A stretch of 64,000 nucleotides of DNA. Source: the human T2T-CHM13v2.0 reference genome, Homo sapiens. Below, piece by piece: positions 30,920 through 43,698 of the stretch. The stretch's first letter is position 1. Each line of letters begins with the position of its first letter. The DNA is taken from NCBI RefSeq assembly GCF_009914755.1, contig NC_060932.1. The stretch is one strand, 5' to 3'. Position numbers and translations under genes: made by a program. A model generated the notes under the pieces. It saw only the letters and a program-made list of their open reading frames with translations. It searched no databases and was not told the origin of the DNA.

Positions 30920-31400
30920 AGAATGGTATGGATGAGCTTAAATATATGGGAAGGAGATTTATGAATGGACTTAGAGGGCATGGAAAAGAAGCTTAGATGT
31001 CATTCTCAATACAGGGGTAATTCACTGGAAGCTTCAAAGGAAGAAAATGATATGACCTGACATAGATCTTGAGAAGATTACTCTGTATTTTAATGCAAGG
31101 GAGAAGGAGGGCACAGCCAGAAGGAATACAGCAATTAGAAAACGTTATCATCAGTTGAAACAAGAAATGCCTATGCTCTTCCACGATCAGAAGTAGTAGG
31201 GGCAGAAGAATTAAACACATATCTGAGATGTATTTTTGTGGAGGAATTAAATGCAATTGCTGATGGATTGCAAATAGGGTGCGATGGAAAAGGAACATCT
31301 GGAATGTAGAGAAATTTGAAGTGGGACACAAATTTGAGGGCTGCCCTATAATCATAGATCACTGTTTCTGAACCCTGACTGTTCACAAGAAATAGAGAAA
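30920..31400 (-). mobile_element. L2 fragment
   Basis: Antisense L2 hallmarks: GATATGACCTGA..GATTACTCTG..CATATCTGAGATGTATTTTTG..GCTGATGGATTG. Confidence 0.7.
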
Positions 31401-31537
31401 AATACAAACAATAATAAGAAACAAACTAAAAAGCAGTATCGTCCTCCTCCCCCATAATTGTCATGTGTATGTGTTAGTACTCAAGATTTTCATGCACGTT
31501 CTTCTCTGTTCTTGGGACATACCCTCTACTCTTTTGT

Positions 31538-31648
31538 GGGATTGTATGTGCCTAGTTAAATTTGAACCTCAGATAAACAGCACATAATTTTCAATATAAG
31601 TATGTTCCATTCAATATTTGGGCTGTTTGTATTTCATATGACAACCTT
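31538..31648. mobile_element. MER53 (internally deleted) within an L2 3' fragment (~31490-31900)
   Basis: AGTTAAATTTGAACCTCAGATAAACAGC..TATAAGTATGTTCC..GACAACCT. Confidence 0.7.
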
Positions 31649-33523
31649 ACCCCTTGCCTTACCTAATTTCTTGTCTTTCAAATTTCAGCTGCAATGTTAC
31701 CTCCTGTCTAATTCAGACTAGTTTCGGTTTCACTTCTTACATGTCCTCCTACTATGCAGTACTGATACTTATTTAATATCTGTCTTCCTCTTTAGATAAC
31801 AGGCTCCAAGTTTTCAAAAACTATTTTTCTTCTCATGTAGCAAATACGTTATTGACAGATGGTAGGAACTCAATCAATACTTTTGAGTAAACACGTAGCA
31901 AATATTAACAAAGCCTGGGTCTGTCTATAGTATTATGAAGGGCATACAATATATAATTGGGTATTTCTGTACTTGAATTCCAGTTCTAACAGACACCAAC
32001 TGAGTTTTGTTTGATAAATCTAGGCATCTTCACCAGAAAACTGAGGGGATGATACTTTACATTGCACAACTATTGTGACAAATGTGAGGCTACATAAATT
32101 TTCAAAAAAAAAAAGTATTGTGTCCTTTCCTATTCTTGATTTTAGTGAAGAACCATGATGCAACCTCATCATCCTCCATCTTTGTGACTCATCCACAAGT
32201 CTCTCTTGAGGCAAATCCCTTCACGTTGCAGGATTAAACCTGCTAAGTACATTCACTCTCTTACCCCATTAATTCTGTTAACTCATAGCTTGGGATTCTC
32301 ATAACTCATAAATGTATTCTATGCTACAGATTTGCAGGAGCAAGCACATGCAAGACATTGAGGATTTGGGTCCTCTCAGGTCTATATGCATTCCATTGCT
32401 TTATATTTTTTGTTTTCATTCTGTTTTTAATCATTCTCTCAGTGTCCAATTGTTGGAAGAGAAGCAGTATGACTGCAGCTTTCCAAAATCTTTCTTCCAG
32501 GGCATGGAATAAAATCGACTCTACTCTTGAGTCTTGAAATTTCGAAGATTTTCATTGTGTTCCCTCCTCCTCCCAGGTTTATCCTCTACTCCTGGGTAGT
32601 GGGACATAGAGGAATCCTCCTTACAATTCAGTTTTTTCCAGTTTTCTTCCTACTAATGCACAGATTCTTTCTAGTCCAGAGTAAGGTGTGTGGAGCAGGT
32701 TAATTTGAAATGAATTCCATTCCTCCACACTTCCTTGTGAATATTCTATGCCTCATATGGAAGTGATTGACTTCAAGAATTGTGTGTCCTTCTTTTTATG
32801 GTGCACATGGGTAGTAACAGAGGACAAGAACACAGAATTTGAATTGTTTGATAAATATGAATTCTTCACTAATTTCCTGCCATTATCTCTTTGTTCTCCA
32901 TTCTATTATTTCTGCTCTTTTTTTTTAATGTTTTCCTTCTGATTTCCTCTATAGGGCATTGCTTCCTTTCTTTGAATCACTTCATCATTTATTTACTTTG
33001 CATTTTCCTTCTTTCTCTCTTCCTCTATCTTCTTTCCTCTTTTCCACTTTCTTCCATATTGTAAGTAAATCTATGGCATTACCTCAGATATATATTGGAT
33101 TTTCATACAATATCAAATGCAAAATCTGTACATCTGTAGGCCCATCAGATAACTTGAGATCTTCCCAGCATAAATACAGGCTGAGCTCAGGCCTGAAAGT
33201 CACAGCAGCCTGCAATTCCATGATCCTTAAGATTATTATACTTGTCTACTTTTTGTCTGTGCTTACATAGTCTGTTATCTGTTACCCAACATTACTATAT
33301 TTAACATCTTGCCAAGAAATGTAAATAGCTAAGACTAGGTTAATGAAATCTGAAATGTGAGACTGAGAAAAAAGCAAAACAAAAATCTAATTCAGCAATT
33401 AGATTTTTTCCTTTCCTAGCAAATGATCTTTTAGTGCACTGTGCATTTTGTTTAAATGATCTTTAATGCACTGTCAAACACATGATAGGGTAGGTGAAAA
33501 GTGAACTTGTCTTAAAGGAATCC

Positions 33524-33525
<2 letters not shown>

Positions 33526-33566
<41 letters not shown>

Positions 33567-33583
33567 ATGCGCATGCACACGTA
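33526..33583. repeat. (TG)20 microsatellite with an alternating purine-pyrimidine extension
   Basis: Read directly from the sequence. Confidence 0.97.
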
Positions 33584-34384
33584 AATAATTATTGTACTGG
33601 CTTTGGCTTTAAGCAGCTCATGAACTTCCCCACCATGGCAGGTAGAGGCTAGCACTTCATTAATTTACATCTAAAATCTTGCATGGCTGGGGATGAGACA
33701 TGTATTTTCTATGATTGTAAAAGAAACCTGGGGAGCTACGCTAGTTAGGGTGGCAATTTTCAGGTGCTGTGATATCATCACTCAATGCCCAGTAGTACTG
33801 GATAAAGCATCCTGTATGGGAAATAGGCAACAACCTCTATATAAAATATAACGATGCCAGTGATAACCAGGCAGATTCATAAATCGCTTTTACAACAGGA
33901 ACAAAGGAACACATGAAGGGAGGTCACCATTTGGATGCCCTCAAGATATGCTGAAAATGAGAAAAATGGCAAGTAATTTTGTAGGCTCTTATCATGGAAA
34001 TCAGATTTGACCAGGGAATGGTTCATATCAGATTGGGGCCATCTAATTTCTTCTTCCTTTACTGCAGTCTTCTGTTTAAACTTCTGTTTTAATGAATAGT
34101 ATTACTTGGAGAGGTACCTTTTAAAAAATCATTTGAGAGGTTTCCCAGGCTTGTCTTTTGTTTGGAATATGGAAATATAGGTGTTATAAGTGCTGTATTC
34201 AGGCAAAAAGAATGAGTCCCCTCCCCCCAACAATGTCTCTTACTAGGGATATTCCCATAGCTTCAGAAGGTTTGTTATTAAAAAAATAGATTTTTTCCTT
34301 AGGAACTTAAAAATACAAACCTAAATCAAAAGAGTTCCATTCTGAAAACTGATCCTATTATTTAAGATGTCTCTGTTTTTTTTA

Positions 34385-35330
34385 ATAAAGATTCAGTGCA
34401 AGGAACAGAAAACATATTAAGATTTTAAACAAGAAGGAATAAACACAGAAGAGTGGATGTTTACAAAGTAGGGAGAAAGACTGAAGGAGGGGGCTCTCAG
34501 TAGGACCCATAAAGATGACTCCTAGATCTATCAGGAGAGCCACTACTACTACTGAGGTCACCAAAGAAGCTAAGCCAAAATCAGGAGCCCACTTCCATGG
34601 CCACAGAACCACCAAGAATCAAGAGAATCAATATCCATGGCTGCCATCCAGGAACTCACATGATGGATAGAGAAGCCACATAATGGCTTCCCCCATTCTC
34701 TCTACACAAGTAAGCTGGAGCAGTGCTGACTAATAGCAATATAATGTGAGACATATATGTAAATTAAAATTTTCTTGTGCCCTCATTAAACAAGGGAGTA
34801 AAATAGGTAAAATTAATTTTAAATTTTTTAACAAAAATTAATATGATTATACTTACATAATTATATATAAAATATTTCAATACACAATGCTTATGAAAAT
34901 TGATTACTTGATTTTTACTTATTTATGTTTTGGGGAATAGTAAGACATGAAAGCCCACTGTGTGTTTTACACTTACAGAACATCTCCATTTGGCCCAGCC
35001 ACATTGCATATGCTCCGTGGCCACATGACGCTAGTGACTCCATACTGAGGCAGCACAGAGCTAGGAAAAGAGGCTGTTGAAGAGTAATTGCTGCAGAGAA
35101 ATTGTGGTTTCCACCACAGGCTTCCAAGCAGAAGCAGACAAAATGTGACAGGAAGATGGCTTCTACCTCACTTTGGCTTTCCAAATTTCATGCCCGTGCA
35201 TATGATTGGCAGATCTAATTTGCCTCTAGAACCGTTGCTTCAAAGGAATCTGGAAAACGTGTTCTTTCTGTTTTGTTTTGATTTTAAAATTCCACACTTG
35301 AAAGAAAGGTGAAATGCAGGTTGAGTAAAC
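34385..35330 (-). mobile_element. Ancient LTR (LTR78/LTR79-like), interrupted by MER33
   Basis: GGAACAGAAAAC..ATTTTAAACAAGAAGGAA..TTACAAAG start and GATTGGCAGATCTAA..GCTTCAAAGGAATCTGGAAAACGTGTT end. Confidence 0.5.
34721..35058. mobile_element. MER33 hAT-Charlie element
   Basis: CAGTGCTG...CAGCACAG termini; internal GTGTTTTACACTTACAG.ACATCTC..GCCACAT; degenerate 8-bp TSD AGCTGGAG / AGCTAGGA. Confidence 0.85.
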
Positions 35331-35419
35331 TAATCTATAGCATCCAGTAGTTCTTTCACAAAGAGAGAAAGGGCCATTGCTATGACAATCTGTACATCTC
35401 ATTTCTATCATCCTATACA

Positions 35420-35630
35420 TATGAGAATATATTGAAATATATATTACTATATATCTATCATATACTATATATTACTGTATAGTATTTAATATATACTATA
35501 TATAGTACTATATATAACTATATAGTATTTAATATATACTATATATAGTACTATATATACTTTATATTATATACTATACATTAAAATATATATTTTATTA
35601 GTACTAATATAGATATCGTATGTATATTAG
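35420..35630. repeat. AT-rich low-complexity tract with a ~43-bp tandem duplication
   Basis: TATAGTATTTAATATATACTATATATAGTACTATATATA occurs at 35478 and 35521. Confidence 0.9.
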
Positions 35631-37044
35631 CATTAATGAAACTTCCATCAGTTAATTTTTTTCTCTATTTTGGAACACTTGTAGGTAACCAAAGCCCCAT
35701 TTCATAAAGTTTATTGTGGTTTTGTAAGCAGGAACACAAAGGTGTAACTCTAAACTTCTTTTCTGTAACTTAGTCTTAAAATTATCTCCAACATACAATT
35801 TCTGAGGTTTTAATCACAACTCCCATCCCTATTAGCTTTTCCTCAATTGACTCTTAGGATTCCTACATGAAAAGGCATCAGTATGAAAAATCAACACTTT
35901 TAAAAATGTTTAGGTTGTTTATCACACGCATACATTCTTGAAAGCTGCATGGATCTTAATGGGTCGTTCAGTCTGACTTGGAGGCTGGGGTGACTTATGT
36001 TAATGCAATACAACAATGGAAAAATAAGAAAATAAGATGCAGGCTTCTGGAAAAGAATCATATTATGAGAATAGAGAAGCTTTTAGAGGTTATTTATAAC
36101 AAAAGTGATGAAACAGTGAAGTTTAGGGCACATTTTCTGAGAGAAACATTGTATTATAGTAAAGGAGCCTGCAGTTTCATCTGTCTAAAATCCAATCTAT
36201 GAGACATTACACTCTGCGTCTTTCACAGCCACACTCAGTACTTCAATCTGTCACCTCTGTTCATTGCAAGAATGAGCAAGTAGCTGGAAAACCTGGATAA
36301 TATTTTCCATTTAGACACCTGGAGTGTAATAAGAGCCGAGGCTTGTCTCTAAGGAATAAATAGTAACATTATATCATCTAGCATTGCCTTGTACATTGTA
36401 GGTGTCCTATGTATACATATTGAGTAGATACTCAGAATTTTTTATAGTTTTTTAAGGTGATCATATATTGGTTTTAAAAATATGAAGCTGATACATAATG
36501 CCAAAAGAATATTGTAAGATATTTGAGAAGAGCACATGCTAGGCTGGTGTTTTCAGAATAGAATTCAACAGAGACTCTTCTCTCCTGTAAAATTGACACC
36601 TTCAAGATTTCATTATCCTGTTCATTTGTGGTCCCTGCTGAGTGACCTTTTCCAAGATTATGCTTCAATTAGCTCTTCTAAGCAGGTGGACTCAAAAATC
36701 TATGTCTTTAATTTGTTCTCTCTTTTTAAATTCTCTTTTACATCCCAGATCCATATTTCCAAACCCTCTGATTTCAAGAGCATTTTCCAATAGGCAAAAA
36801 TGTTAAATCCAAATTTTCCTTTTTCTTGTACTCTTGAAATCTTCTCTCTTAGTTCACTTTTTTTTTATGTGTGTTACTGTCACAAGAACTACTTATCGAC
36901 CTGCCCAGGGTTAAACCTTTGAACATCTTTCGTTTCTTTCTCTCTGTCTCTTAGCTTCTCTTAAACTAAGAGCTTAATCTAGTAAATTCTCTTTAAATTT
37001 TAAATGTCTACACATCCATTTTCTATTCCTTGATGAAAGTATTG

Positions 37045-37460
37045 TAATACATATTTTTAAATAATTTTTTGTTAAAGTATTGTTATACAGTAAACTTTTT
37101 TTTCATTTTCTTGTATGATTCTACACATATTAGTGCAAGCAGATATTTATATAAACTGTCCTAAGTGATGGATTCAGAAAAGTTTCATCACCCCAAAAAC
37201 TCCTTTATGCTCTCTTTATTAGTAGTTACATTTTCCCTGTTTCTAAATGCTGAGAATTAGTGGTCTGTTCTCTGTCCCTATAGTTTTGTCTTTTTTTGAA
37301 TGCCTTGTAAATGAAATCATACAGCATGTAATTGTTTGAGACCACCTTCTTTGACTGAGAGAAATGTCTTTGAGATTCATCCAATTGTCACATGTATTAG
37401 TGGTTTCTTTTTTTTTAGTGCTGAGTGATATTTCACTGCATGGACGTATCACCATTTGCT
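37045..37460 (-). mobile_element. L1MC/L1MD-like 3' end
   Basis: CATCACCCCAAAAACTCC..CTGTTCTCTGTCCCTATAGTTTTG..AAATGAAATCATACAG. Confidence 0.8.
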
Positions 37461-38530
37461 CTTTTGTCTTCCAAAATACATTAATTTTTTCCCTTCTGTT
37501 CACGGGGCTTAAAATATGTCCTCTACCTCAGGCCTAGCTGCTTCTACTCTCTTATTTTTAAAATTCAGTTCAGGAACAATGTATTTAGTTATGTGATTAT
37601 AATCAATACTTTCCTTTTCCTTTTATTTATGAGGTTTCTTCAAGTTTAAAATTACTTACCTCTAAATTCCCACCTATTAAAATCTTGCCCATTCTTCATC
37701 ACCATTTTCTTGATTATTTTTATCATTCTCTTGAGTAGTTTTGTCTCTCTCAAAGCTTGATACAGCACTTTAAGTTTATGTTGTTTATCTTATGTTGGCT
37801 TATAGCTATGCATGCTTTGTAGATTGGGCAAAGATTGTATGAGATAAATTGTAAAATTAAAAATGATATCTAAGAGCAAATACTGGAAATGAAGACATAG
37901 TGGATTATTTAGAAATGTACAAAAATCCCTTAACCGGATTTTCTAAGGGTTTTCACAAAGTGGAATGAATGTAGCTGCAGTGTACATGGCTGAGCTTTCT
38001 GCAAACGCAATTTTTGATGTCTTTTTTACAAAAGAAATTCTACTTGAAGTCCCATTGAAATACCATCAGCCCTTTCAATTACTTTTATACTATTTTTTGT
38101 CTCAGAGTCAAGTATATGACTACTTGGAGAAATAGATGACTCAACTCAAAGAGCTTATGTCTATTAAAATTTTGTTTCATATATCTATTTACATTTTCCT
38201 TTTTCTTTGTTGTGTTAGTTTTCTAGGGCTGCCATAACAAAGCACCATAGAATGAGTAACTTTAACAACAAAAATATGTTTTTCTTAGAGTCCGAGAAAC
38301 TAGAAGTCCGAGGTGAATGTGGTGAGAGGTTCAGTTCATCTGAAATTTCTCTCCTTGCTTTGTAGATGCCTGCCTTTTGTCTGTGTCCCCATGTAGTCTT
38401 TTTTGTGTAGATAGGCATCTCTAGTGTCTCTTTGTGACCAAATATCCTCCTCTTAAAAGGACACTAGACAGATTGGGTTACAACCAACCCTAAAAGACTA
38501 ATTTAAACTTAATCACCTTTATGAAGCCTA

Positions 38531-40270
38531 TTTTTTTTAAATCTTAAAAGAAATATATTCTGAAAGTACATTTACAGGTTTTTTACATGGATATATCACT
38601 TGAAGCTGAGGTTTGGGTTTATATTCTTGTGAACCTAGTACTAAATATGTAGCTTTTCAACCCTTGCCCTCCTCCATCCTTCCCCATTTTTGGAGTCCCC
38701 AGTATCTATTTTGTTCGGTTTTTATGTCCACATGTACCTCCCACTTGTAAGTAAGAACATGTGGTATTTGATTTTCTGTGTGTATGCTAATTTTCTTAGG
38801 ATAATGGCCTCCTGCTCCATCCATGTCCCTGCAAAGGACATGATTTTTTGTGGCTGTGTAGTATTCCATGGTATATATGTACCACATTTTCTTTATCCAG
38901 TCTATCCAATCTACCATTGATGGGTTCCTAGGTTGATTGTATGTCTTTGCTATTGTGAATAATGGTGCAGTGGACATATAAATGCATGTGTCTTTTTGGT
39001 AGAATGATTTCATTATCCTTGGGTGTATACTCAGTAATGGGATTGCTGAGTCCAATGGTAGTTCTGATTTAATTCTTTGAGCACTATCCAAACTGCTTTC
39101 CACAGAAGCTCAACTAATTTACATTCCCACCAACACTGTATATGCATTCCCTTTTTTCTACATCCTTGCAAACATCTCTTATTTTTTGAGTTTTTGCTAA
39201 TAGCCATTCTGATTAAGATGGTATCTCATTGTGATTTTTTATTTGCATTCCTCTGATGATTAGTGATGTTGAGTACTTTCTGTTAGTTGGCTGCTTGTAT
39301 GTCTTCTTTTGAGATGTGTCTGTGCATGTCCTTTGCCCACTTTTTAATGAGGTTGTTTTTATCTTGTTGATTTAAGAATAAAACTGGACCCCTAACTCTC
39401 ACCATATACAAAAATTAACTGAAGAGGGATTACAGACTTAAATGTAAGGCCTCAAACTATAAAAATCCTAAAAGAAAACCTAGGAAATACTCTTCTGGAC
39501 ATTGACCTAGGTAAATAATTTATGATAAGATCTCAAAAGCAAACACACATGCACACACACACAAAATTCACACTAGGACCTAATTAAACTAAAGAGCTTC
39601 TCAGTAGCAAAAGAAGCCATCAACAGAGTACACATATAACTTACAGAATGGGAGAAAATATTTGTCTGATGGTTAATATTGAATGTCAACTTGATTGGGT
39701 TGAAGGATGCAAAGTATTTTTCCTGGGTGTGTTTGTGAGGGTGTTGCCAAAGGAGATTAACATTTTAGTCAATGGACTGGGAGAGGCAGACAGACCCTCA
39801 ATCTGGGAGGGCGCCATCTAATCAGCTGTCAGTATGGCTAGCATAAAAGCAGCCAGAGGAACAGGGAAGGACTAGACTGGCTGAGTCTTCTGGCCTCCAT
39901 CTTTCTCCCATGCTTCCTGCCCTCAAACATGGGACGCTAAGTTCTTCAGCTTTTGGACTCTTGGACCTACACCAGTGATTTATAGGTGCTCTCAGGCCTT
40001 CAGCCATAGACTTAAGGTTGTGCTCTCTGCTTCCCTACTTTTGAGATTTTGGTACTTGGACTGGCTTCCTTTCTCCTCAACTTGCTTATGGCCTATTACG
40101 GGACTTCATCTCATGATCATGTGAGTTAATAGTTCTTAATAACATCCCTTTCATATGTACATGTTACATTTATCCTATTAGTCTTGTCGCTCTAGAGAAC
40201 CCTGACTAAAACAATTTGCAAACTTTGCATTCAGCAAAAGACTAACATCCAGAATTTATAAGGAACTTAA
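38531..40270 (-). mobile_element. 5'-inverted (twin-primed) L1PA16/L1PB-like element: antisense 3' part 38531-39376, sense part 39375-40270
   Basis: ORF 38657-39103 is the ORF2 C-terminus (ELPLDSAIPLLSI..KKMWYIYTMEYY). The sense block (AAACTGGACCCC..AAGGAACTTAA) is the ORF2 sequence immediately upstream. Confidence 0.9.
39665..40213 (+). mobile_element. MLT2A (A2-length, HERV-L) solo LTR
   Basis: T.TGATGGTTAATATTGAATGTCAACTTGATTGG...CTAGAGAACCCTGACTAAAACA; 549 bp; perfect TSD ATTTG (39660-39664 / 40214-40218). Confidence 0.94.
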
Positions 40271-41245
40271 TCTGAATTTTAAAGGTCCTATCTTCAAATA
40301 CAGTCACATTCTGAGGTACTGAGGGTTATAGCTTCAACATGAAATTTGAGGGGACACAATTCTGTGAATAATACTGGATAACTCGGGAACTTCCTGAAAA
40401 TGTGTATTCCTATAAAACTTGCTTCTGAGGAGAAATAAATTGGACAGGTTCATTCAGTTAGCAAATAATGGATGATATAATTATCTTGACAAATTAATAA
40501 GTTGACCTTCTAGCAAGTATTGTGCGAGCTTTAGTTATACAAATTAGCATCTACTTGACAATCAACTCTGGGACATCAATAAAATAAAAATGTTCAGTTG
40601 TTATGCAGATGGCAGACTTAAAACTGTGGGAGAATCTGAAAGATAAATGCCCTTCCTGGGCAACTGTTTTGTAAGGCAGCCCAACATCTCTAGCTTACTC
40701 CTTGAAGTGTCACATACAGCGAAAGTTTTCACTCGGGGCTTCTACAGCCTTAGTCCCCCTAGATATTTAACATTGAACAAGTTACTTTGTTTCACTGATA
40801 GTAAGACAAACATTTTTCAAATTTTATTGCATTTTTAATTAGAATTTATAAGATAATGAACAATATTTCATGGTTTAACTGTGGATGTTTTCCCCCTTAT
40901 TGATGCATAAAATTAATGGTACATCCTAAAATTTATAGCATCTTAAATGTGTTGAAACATAATACCTTTCCTTATTTCTCTAACTCCCTCTCACAATAAG
41001 GAACATAAAATAACAACTTCACTGATATACACTCAAGAAATACTTTTACTGTCAGTATAATGTAAATTATTTGAGAGTGTATTATTAACTTTTATTTGTA
41101 CAAAGCCTCTTATGTAGCTAGTCGATAATAAATGTTTTATAGAAGAGAAATTAGGATTTGGGGGAAGGGTTGCTGTTCATGACTTTTACTTCAATGACAC
41201 AGAGACAAGTTTTGCTTATAAAAACTCTTTTCGCTTAACCCATAC

Positions 41246-41657
41246 TGTATTATAGGAATTGGCTTATGCTATTTACAGAAGCTGAAAAGTCTCATGACTT
41301 GCTGTCTGCAAGCTGGTAGTGTAACATCCAGTCTGAGTCCAAAGGCCTGAGAAGGCAGCAAGCGTGGCTAAATCTGAAGACTGGAAAACCAGAAGTGCCA
41401 ATGTTGCAAGAAGGAGAAGAGGGATGCCTCCACTCAAGCTGACTTAGCAAATTCACCTTTCCTTCACCTATTTGTTCTGTTTGGGACCTCCACAGTTTGG
41501 ATGATGCTCACCCACATTGGTCAGAGTGATCTTAGTCTACCCATTTAAATGCTAATCTTTCCCACAAACGCCCTCCCAGAAACAACAGAAATAATGATTT
41601 ACCAGCTATCTGGGCAACCCTTTGCCTAGTTAGGTTGACATAAAATTAACTATCACA
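41246..41657 (-). mobile_element. MLT2 (B-D-like) LTR fragment
   Basis: GGAATTGGCTTATG..GTCTGCAAGCTGG..AGTCCAAAGGCCTGAGAA...GTTGACATAAAATTAACTATCACA. Confidence 0.85.
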
Positions 41658-42019
41658 CAGAGAATGTCAGCCAAAGAGGAGGAAATGAGAATCAGAACTT
41701 GGATTAGATCCTTAAAAAAACAACCCCAGGTAGCTACTTAAGTCTGAGTCATGATAAGAATGTGTAGTCCTTTTGAGGTAGGAAAAAAAGGCACTAAAAC
41801 ATAAATTCTATGATAGCTTTTTGGGGCTCAAGCCAGATTCCTTTCAGGACATTTTTCTTGTTTTTAGAAGAAAATAACTAGAATGGATCTGACTATTTTA
41901 AAAGCACTTCATCTGTGCTGCTGAATTGAGTTGGGGAGCTACCAAGGTAGAAAGCACTTGGAAAGTTTTTACTGAAGACAGCTGCTATGGGATGTGAGCA
42001 AAATGAGCTTTGGGTTCTC

Positions 42020-42168
42020 ACAGCTGAGAAGCTCTCGTATTGGCCTACTAGGGAGATGTTGTGGGTTTGGTTCCAGCTCTACAGCTGAGAAACTCTTGTA
42101 TTGGCCTACTAGGGTGACGTTGTGGGTTTGGTTCCAGACCCCCACAATAAAACAAATATCACAAAGTG
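42020..42168 (-). repeat. 61-bp tandem duplication containing a Tigger1 terminal fragment
   Basis: Units 42020-42080 and 42081-42141; GGAGATGTTGTGGGTTTGGTTCCAGACCCCCACAATAAAACAAATATC matches the Tigger1 end. Confidence 0.85.
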
Positions 42169-42174
42169 ACTTAC

Positions 42175-42360
42175 AGAGTGAGTCACCTTTCCTAACCATT
42201 TGTGTGATGATGTAGCCTTTCAAAACCTCAGTTTTCACACCTATGAAATGGGTCTAACAATAGTGTCTCATTGTTTTGACATATAAATGCGATAACTTGT
42301 GTGAAAGCATTTAGGCATTGCCTGCTCATAGTAAGGATTCATTAAATATTAGCTATCATG
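42175..42360 (+). mobile_element. MIR SINE
   Basis: CCTCAGTTTTCACACCTATGAAATGGG..GTGAAAGCATTTAG..ATAGTAAGG..AAATATTAGCTAT. Confidence 0.75.
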
Positions 42361-42429
42361 GGCTCAAAACAAAACGTACTAAAAAAAACAGAGAACTAAA
42401 ATCTAACACTGCTATTTATACTTTCTATA

Positions 42430-43575
42430 CAAGCATGCCTCAGAGATTTCAGACTACCTTAGTAAAGGGAATATCACAAAAAATCAAGTCACAGGAATGT
42501 TTTGCTTTCCCTGTGCACATAAAAATATGGTAAACTATACTATAAGTGTGCAGTAGTATTATATCTTAAAAAATCTTAATTTAAAAATGATTTATTGTTA
42601 AAGCTTTTTAACCACCATCTGAGTCTTCAGAGTTGTAATCTTTTTGCTGGTAGAGGGTCTTTTCTCTGCTGATGGCTGATGACTGATAAGGATGGTGGTT
42701 GCTCAAGTTTGGGTTGGCTGTGGTAATTTCCTAAAAGAAGACAACCATGAAGTTTGTGCTATTGATTGATATTTCCTTTCATGAAAGACTTCTCTGTAGC
42801 TTGCGATACTCTTTGATAGCTTTTTACCTGCAGTAGAGCATTCAGAATTGAAGCCAATCCTCTTGAATCCTGATGCTGCTTTACCAACTGAGCTTATGCA
42901 ATATTCTAAATTCTTTGTTCTCATTTCAACATTGTTGACAGCATCTTCACCAGGAGGAGATTCCATCTGAAGAAACCACTTTCTTTGCTCATCCATAATA
43001 AGCAGCTCCTCATCCCTTCAAGTTTTAGCATGAGATTGCAGCAATTCAGTCCTATCTTTAGGCTCTGCTACTAGTTCTCTTGCTATTTCCACTTCACTTG
43101 CAGTTTCTTCCCACACTGAAGCCTTAAAACCCTCAAAGTCATCCATGAGGATTGAAATCAACTTTGTTCAAACCCTATTCATGTTGCTACTGTGACCTTC
43201 TCCTATGAAACATGAATGTTCTTTAAGGGCATCTAGAAGGGTGAATCTTTTTCAGAAGGATTTCAGTTGACTTTACCCAATCTATCTGAGAACTCACTAC
43301 TTACGGCTACTTAGCTTTATGAGACATATTTATTAACTAATAAGACTTGAAAGTAAAAATTACTCCTTTATCGATGGACTGCACAATGGATATTGTGTTA
43401 ACAGGCATGAAAATGTCTAATTTCTTTATACATCTCCATAAGGCTCTTGGGTGACCAGGGGCATTGTCAGCAAACAGCATGATTTTGAAACTAATCTTTT
43501 TATCTGAGCAGTAGGTTTCAACAGTGGACTTAAAATATTTAGTAAACCAAGTTGTATACAGATGTTCTATCATTA
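42430..43575 (-). mobile_element. Tigger1 (TcMar) 3' half with transposase remnants
   Basis: TA|CAAGCATGCCTCAGAGAT terminus. ORFs MDEQRKWFLQMESPPGEDAV.. and WFTKYFKSTVETYCSDKKISFKIMLFADNAPGHP are Tigger1/TIGD1-type DDE transposase. Confidence 0.95.
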
Positions 43576-43663
43576 AGATTTTATATATATATATATTCTG
43601 ATTCTATATATGTTCTGTCTTCAAAATTCTGTATATGTTATGTTGTCAAGGTTCTCTCTCTCC

Positions 43664-43698
<35 letters not shown>

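Larger units (their letters stand above)
38211..40373 (-). mobile_element. MLT1A-type MaLR LTR in two pieces (38211-38530 and ~40277-40373), split by an L1
   Basis: TGTGTTAGTTTTCTAGGGCTGCCATAACAAAG...AATCACCTTT | AAAGGTCCTATCTTCAAATACAGTCACATTCTGAGGTACTG..GGGGACACAATTC. Confidence 0.9.

Noticed and set aside
42703-43573. TIGD1-like domesticated transposase gene
   Set aside because: Broken into short frames, missing the N-terminal half and retaining the transposon terminus; an ordinary Tigger1 fossil.
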